The notes below the pieces were generated by a model. The model worked only from the letters and a program-made list of their open reading frames with translations. It searched no databases and was not told the origin of the DNA. Both the position numbers and the translations under genes were made by a program. Source: Octopus sinensis (lineage: Eukaryota). Taken from it: a stretch of DNA of 28,708 nucleotides. Shown here piece after piece: positions 23,710 through 28,708 of the stretch (position 1 is the stretch's first letter; every line of letters begins with the position of its first letter). The stretch is taken from contig NW_021833478.1 of assembly GCF_006345805.1 (NCBI RefSeq), forward strand, positions 1 through 28,708. Direction: 5' to 3'.

Positions 23710-24495
23710 GGCGGCGAGCTGGTAGAAGCGTTACCACGCCGGGCGAAATGCTTAGCGGTATTTCGTCTGCCGCTACGTACTGAGTTCAAATTCCGCCGAG
23801 GTCGACTTTGCCTTTCATCCTTTCGGGGCCGATTAAATAAGTACCAGTTACGTACTGGGGTCGATATAATCGACTTAATCCGTTTGTCTGGCCTTGTTTG
23901 TCCCCTCTGTGTTTAGCCCCTTGTAGGTAGTAAAGAAATAGGTATTTAATCTGCCGTTACGTTGTGAGTTCAAATTCCGCCGAGGTCGACTTTGCTTTTC
24001 ATCCTTTCGGGGTCGATTAAATAAGTACCAGTTACGCACTGGGGTCGATGTAATCGACTTAATACCTATGTCTGTCCATGTTTGTCCCCTCTATGTTTAG
24101 CCCCTTGTGGGTAATAAAGAAATAGGTATTTCGTCTGCCGCTACGTTCTGAGTTCAAATTCCGCCGAGGTCGACTTTGCCTTTCATCCTTTCGGGGTCGA
24201 TAAATTAAGTACCAGTTACGCACTGAGGTCGATGTAATCAACTTAATCCGTTTGTCTGTCCTTGTTTGTCCTCCCTCTGTTTAGCCCCTTGTAGGTAGTA
24301 AAGAAATAGGTATTTCATCTGTTTTTACGTTCTGAGTTCAAATTCCGCCGAGGTCGACTTTGCCTTTCATCCTTTCGGTGGGGTCGATAAATCTAGTACC
24401 AGTTACGCACTGGGGTCGATGTAATCGACTTAATTCCTTTGCCTGTTCTTGTTTGTCCCCTCTATGTTTAGCCCCTTGTGGGCAATAAAGAAATA
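23710..24495 (+). mobile_element. SINE family C with one head and four tandem 184-bp body units
   Basis: GGTATTT unit starts at 23757, 23941, 24125 and 24309 (period exactly 184). Each unit has B-box-like GAGTTCAAATTCC and T(T/G)(C/T)CTTTCATCCTTTCGGGGTCGAT-like domain. Confidence 0.95.
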
Positions 24496-24544
24496 AGAAA
24501 CAAGTTAGAAACATGACAGAAACGAATCAAAAACAAGGCAGAAA

Positions 24545-25130
24545 TATGGCAGAATCGTTGGCATATTGGACAAAATGCTTAGCAGCATTTCTTCCGGTTG
24601 TTTACATTCTGAGTTGAGATGCTGTTGATAAAATAAAGTACCACTCACGTACTGCTACTGTATGTACTTGATTATAGATTTGCTAAAGAAGCGAGATGAT
24701 AGAATCGACCGCAGGCTGGGCAAAATGCTTAGCGGCGAGCTGGCAGAGTCGTTAGCACGCCGGGCGAAATGCTTAACGGTATTTCGTCTGCGTTACGTTG
24801 TGAGTTCAAATTCCGCCGAGGTCGACCTTGCCTTTCATCCTTTCGGGGTCGATAAATTAAGTACCTGTTACGCACTGGGGGTCGATGTAATCGACTTAAT
24901 ACCTATGTCAGTCCTTGTTTGTCCCCTTTATGTTTAGCCCCTTGTGGGTAATAAAGAAATAGGCATTTCGCCGGTTTTTACGTTCTGAGCTCAAATTCCA
25001 CTGAGGTCGACTTTGCCTTACATCCTTTTGAGGATTCATAAAATAAGTATCAGTTGAACAAAGAGTTCGATGGGATGATCTAACCCCTCCTCCAAAATTT
25101 CAGGTCTTGTGTATATTCTAGAAAGGAATA
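24545..25130 (+). mobile_element. Further family C copies: degraded 24545-24730, young 24733-24960, then an older body to ~25130
   Basis: GCGGCGAGCTGGCAGAGTCGTTAGCACGCCGGGCGAAATGC... matches 23710. Confidence 0.85.
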
Positions 25131-25306
25131 TAAACCTGTTTGTTCAAGGCTGACCTTGAGCTAACCAACAACTAAAACGACAACACTGTGGCTTACGTAC
25201 GAATGACGGACCCTCTACCTGACTGTTCGATCTACTATACTATATATATATATATGATTATATATATATATATATATGATTATATATATATATATATATA
25301 TATGAT

Positions 25307-25318
<12 letters not shown>

Positions 25319-25360
<42 letters not shown>

Positions 25361-25580
25361 TGTGCGTGTGCGCGTTCGTGTTCGTCCTCCACCACCTCTT
25401 GACAACCGATATTGGTGTGTTTACGTCCCCGTAACATCGCGGTTCGGTTGAGGCGACCGATAGAATAAGTACCAGCGCTTTAAAAACTAAGTACTTGGGT
25501 CTATCCATTAGACTAAGATTCTTCACGACAGTGCCCCAGCATGGCCGCAGTGTCAGGACGGAAACAAGTAAAACAATAAA
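25319..25580 (+). mobile_element. SINE family A, 3' half (isolated tail fragments also at ~14760-14820 and ~17907-17960)
   Basis: CTTGACAACCGAT.TTGGTGTGTTTACGTCCCCGTAAC...CCAGCATGGCCGCAGT...GAAACAAGTAAAA. Confidence 0.87.
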
Positions 25581-25989
25581 AAAAAAAACAATAAAAAATA
25601 CACTCTGCGTTGATTTTTCTCAACATTATATTTTCTGCTCATTTGAACAGAAAAAAATAAAATAAAATAGAAATAAAATCAAATCTAATCCCTCGGACTT
25701 TGACTAATTTCTCTTCGTTGGTCTATTTATTTACTTTGCTTTTATTTAATTTTCTTATCCCATGTTGATCTTTCTACGTCAACACCCTCTGTCCTTTCCA
25801 TCTAGATTAATTAAAAACTAACAACTAGAAGAGAAAAGTTCTGTTGTTATGTTCGCTTTTGTTTCCTGAACAACAGTACGGCAACGACGGCTCTTTGATG
25901 ACGCTTTCCAATTTATTAACGTTACAAAATAAGGGCTTGTCTTTCCTTTAGAATAATTTATCAAAATTGCGTAAACAAGCAAGCTGGGG

Positions 25990-26530
25990 GCGTATCTGGC
26001 TTAAGTGTAGAATTCACGGCGTGGAACACATCTGGCTCCCGAAACAGTTCTTGGAGAACATATTCTGGCTCATAACAATCCTTAAACGCAAAGAAGCAGC
26101 TGACATACATACATACATACATACATACATACATACATACATACATGCATACCTACATACATACATACATACATACATACACACATGCATACATACATAC
26201 ATACATGCATACATACATACATACATGCATACATACATACATACATATATACATACATGCATACATACATACATACATACATACATACATACATACATAC
26301 TACACACATACATACATACATACATACATACATAAATACATACATACATACATAAATACATACGTACATACATACATACATACATACATAAATACATACA
26401 TACATGTATACATACATGCATACATATATACATACGTACGTACGTACATACATTTCTTGGCAGATGCTTAAAACATTAAAGCACAGCAGTATACAAGAGG
26501 TAGTGTTTATCGCCCCTTTAACGTGGGTGT
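25990..26530 (+). pseudogene. Possible RTE-like LINE C-terminal relic interrupted by (CATA)n
   Basis: IHGVEHIWLPKQFL (cf. V.RM.D.RLPKQLL) before the microsatellite and LKTLKHSSI (cf. LK.SLK.C.I) after it. By-eye similarity only. Confidence 0.35.
26103..26451. repeat. (CATA)n microsatellite
   Basis: Directly visible. Confidence 0.98.
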
Positions 26531-27031
26531 TCTTTAAGAGCCGACGATGCTGTTATTTTAACCCCAGGAAAATATCTCCTCCTGGTTATACAATACGCTT
26601 TCGCATTTGATATTCATTGCGCGTGGGAGAGAACTCCTGCCATCCTGGACCATCAGATCATATGATTTCGGTCTTACTGGATCACTTCAGAGCTGGGCAC
26701 TCGTTTGCCAGGCTTGGCATTAGTCTGACCTCACTTGCAATATGCAGAAAATATACTGTCATACAATTACTGATCTTCTAACTCGCGTAGTAGTCCGTTT
26801 GAAAATCTCTGTTGCCGTTTCCAAATTCGTATCTCTTTGTGCATGTCTATATTTGTATATATACATATTTCTGTCTTACTATTTTTTGATTGTTTGTGTG
26901 TAGGTGTGCGTGTGTGTGTGGTTGTTTGTGTACGTGTGAGTGCGTATGTGATTGCTTCACGAAACACCTATCACCTCTTAATTCCCTCCCCCAAATATAA
27001 AGAGACATTGTGAATAGACAGGCGAATAGAT

Positions 27032-27220
27032 AGCGTGGCACAGACTGTGACAAGGCTGGCTCTTTGAATTACTGTAACAACCCACTTTTGTCAGTTGAGA
27101 GGACTGGAACAACATGATATGAAGTGTCTTGCTCACGGATACAATGTACCTCCGTGAATCGAACTCACGGCCTGGCGATCATGAGCTGAATATCCTGAAC
27201 ACTAAACCACGCACCTTCAC
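27032..27220 (-). mobile_element. SINE head D + start of tail T1, 3'-truncated
   Basis: Reverse complement GTGAAGGTGCGTGGTTTAGTG...GAGTTCGATTC..GTGAGCAAGACACTT..TCAAAGAGCCAGCCTTGTCACA.TCTGTG.CACGCT. Confidence 0.8.
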
Positions 27221-27257
27221 ATACAAGCATCCATACACACACACACCACACATACAC

Positions 27258-27386
27258 AGAACGTGAAACTCTGAAACTCGGAATAACAATTTTTGTGATA
27301 TTTTTGCTGCTTTTCAATAAAGCATATTACTCTACCTCTGGTATTCGAGTACTATTTTCCCACCTTGTTTCACATTTATGTGCATT

Positions 27387-27388
<2 letters not shown>
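27258..27388 (+). mobile_element. Partial copy of the (TA)n-flanked element at 27837-28020
   Basis: Near-identical direct repeat GATATTTTTGCTGCTTTTCAATAAAGCATATTACTCTACCTCTGGTATTCGAGTACTATTTT. Confidence 0.88.
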
Positions 27389-27419
<31 letters not shown>

Positions 27420-27422
<3 letters not shown>

Positions 27423-27683
27423 TGTTGTGTTCTTGAGCAAGGCATTTTATTTCACGTTGCTCCAGTTCACTCAGCTGTAGAAATGAGTTGCGACGTCAAT
27501 GGTGCCAAGCTGTATCGACCTTTGTCTTTCCCTTGGATAACACTGGTGGCGTGGAGAGGGGAGGCTGGTATGCATGGGCGACTGCTGGTCTTCCATAAAA
27601 CAACCTTGCCCGGACTTGTGTCTAGGAAGGTAACTTTCTAGGTGCAATCCCATGGTCATTCATGACCGAAGGGGGTCTTTACC

Positions 27684-27688
<5 letters not shown>
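27420..27688 (+). mobile_element. 5'-truncated SINE, D-type central domain with a third tail
   Basis: TTGTGTTCTTGAGCAAGGCATTTTATTTCACGTTGCTCCAGTTCACTCAGCTGTA, then a tail ending CTTTACCCTTTA unrelated to those at 4141 and 17242. Confidence 0.8.
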
Positions 27689-27719
<31 letters not shown>

Positions 27720-27735
27720 GCACACACACACACAC

Positions 27736-27813
<78 letters not shown>

Positions 27814-27836
27814 GTATGTATGTATATATATATATA

Positions 27837-28015
27837 CTTTATTGAAAAGCAACAAAAATAACCTGAAAGCTGTAACTCAGAGTGTCACGTTCCCGTTCAT
27901 CCGACGAGAACGTAAAACTCTGAGTAACAATTTTTGCGATATTTTTGCTGCTTTTCAATAAAGCATATTACTCTACCTCTGGTATTCGAGTACTATTTTT
28001 TCCACCTTTATGTGC

Positions 28016-28020
<5 letters not shown>
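27837..28020. mobile_element. (TA)n-flanked fold-back element with degenerate hammerhead-like motifs at its centre
   Basis: Imperfect palindrome 27837-27963. Minus arm CGGAUGA-ACG-GGAA-CGU-GACAC-UCUGA-GUU; plus arm CCGACGA..CGU-AAAAC-UCUGA-GUA. Confidence 0.75.
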
Positions 28021-28053
<33 letters not shown>

Positions 28054-28101
28054 TATATATTATATATATATGCTATATTGTTATATGTATATATTGTTAT
28101 A

Positions 28102-28708
28102 TTTCGGAATGGCCATTTTGCCAGTTTAGCCAATAAAACACAAGCACTATATATTTGGTGTTACTATGCTTCAGAGTTATTTATTTTTTACATTAATCTT
28201 AATCTTATTTCGGCCAGAGTTCTTTCGTCACACTCCTGTGACCGCATCAGTGGTCCTTTGTTTTCTTCTATCTTATTTGTGTCTCTCTTTACTAACCGTC
28301 AGCCATTTTGTATTTCTAGTGTATGTCTACATTTGCGCATGCTTGTATCTGTATGTGCGTCTATGTTTATTTAGTGTGTGTATGTGGGGAGGATGCCTGT
28401 AATATTTGTATCTTCTGTTTATATACATTCATGTAATTTGTTTTTGTTGTTGTTGTTTTTGTTTATTCTTATTTTTTTCATGTGTTTACATCCACTTATT
28501 ATTATCATTACGTATGCTTGTAAGTATGTATGTATGTATGTATAACAACAATACTAGTAATAATAATAATAATAATAAATAAATAAAAAAAAATCTTTTA
28601 AATTAAACGAAAAAAAACAAACAAAAACAGGAGTGTGACGAAAGAACTCTGGCCGAAATAAGATTAAGATTAATTTAAAAAATAAATAAATCTGAAGCAA
28701 AGTAACAC
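28102..28708. mobile_element. (TA)n-flanked inverted-repeat element running off the window; hammerhead-like motif at 28212-28256 (-)
   Basis: Arms 28158-28239 and 28627-28708 (82 bp, 3 mismatches). Minus strand GGACCA-CUGAUGC-G-GUCAC-AGGAGU-GUGAC-GAAA-GAAC-UC-UGGCC. Confidence 0.82.

Noticed and set aside
23757-24495. CRISPR-like array
   Set aside because: The whole 184-bp unit repeats with no unique spacers; eukaryotic SINE context and no cas genes.

Overview
AT-rich, microsatellite-dense eukaryotic non-coding DNA (intron or intergenic). The repeat families look like octopus (coleoid cephalopod) genomic DNA; this is my recognition, not a database result. I find no intact protein-coding gene. 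Nearly all listed ORFs are read-throughs of simple repeats or SINEs. The window is a mosaic of: (i) about 30 tRNA-derived SINE copies or fragments built from four recurring heads (A-D, my labels) and several interchangeable tails, some with target-site duplications (TSDs), nested insertions and a 4 x 184-bp tandem array; (ii) a complete non-autonomous Helitron and a hAT-like MITE; (iii) heavily decayed LINE reverse-transcriptase relics (CR1/Jockey-like, RTE-like, possibly RLE-type); (iv) an old ~180-bp satellite broken up by SINEs; (v) five short microsatellite-flanked elements, three of them inverted repeats, each with a minimal type I hammerhead-ribozyme-like motif. One of these (1966-2007, minus strand) is topologically complete and has a compensatory U3-A8 core pair. 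The hammerhead-bearing elements and the head/tail shuffling among SINEs are the most interesting signals.
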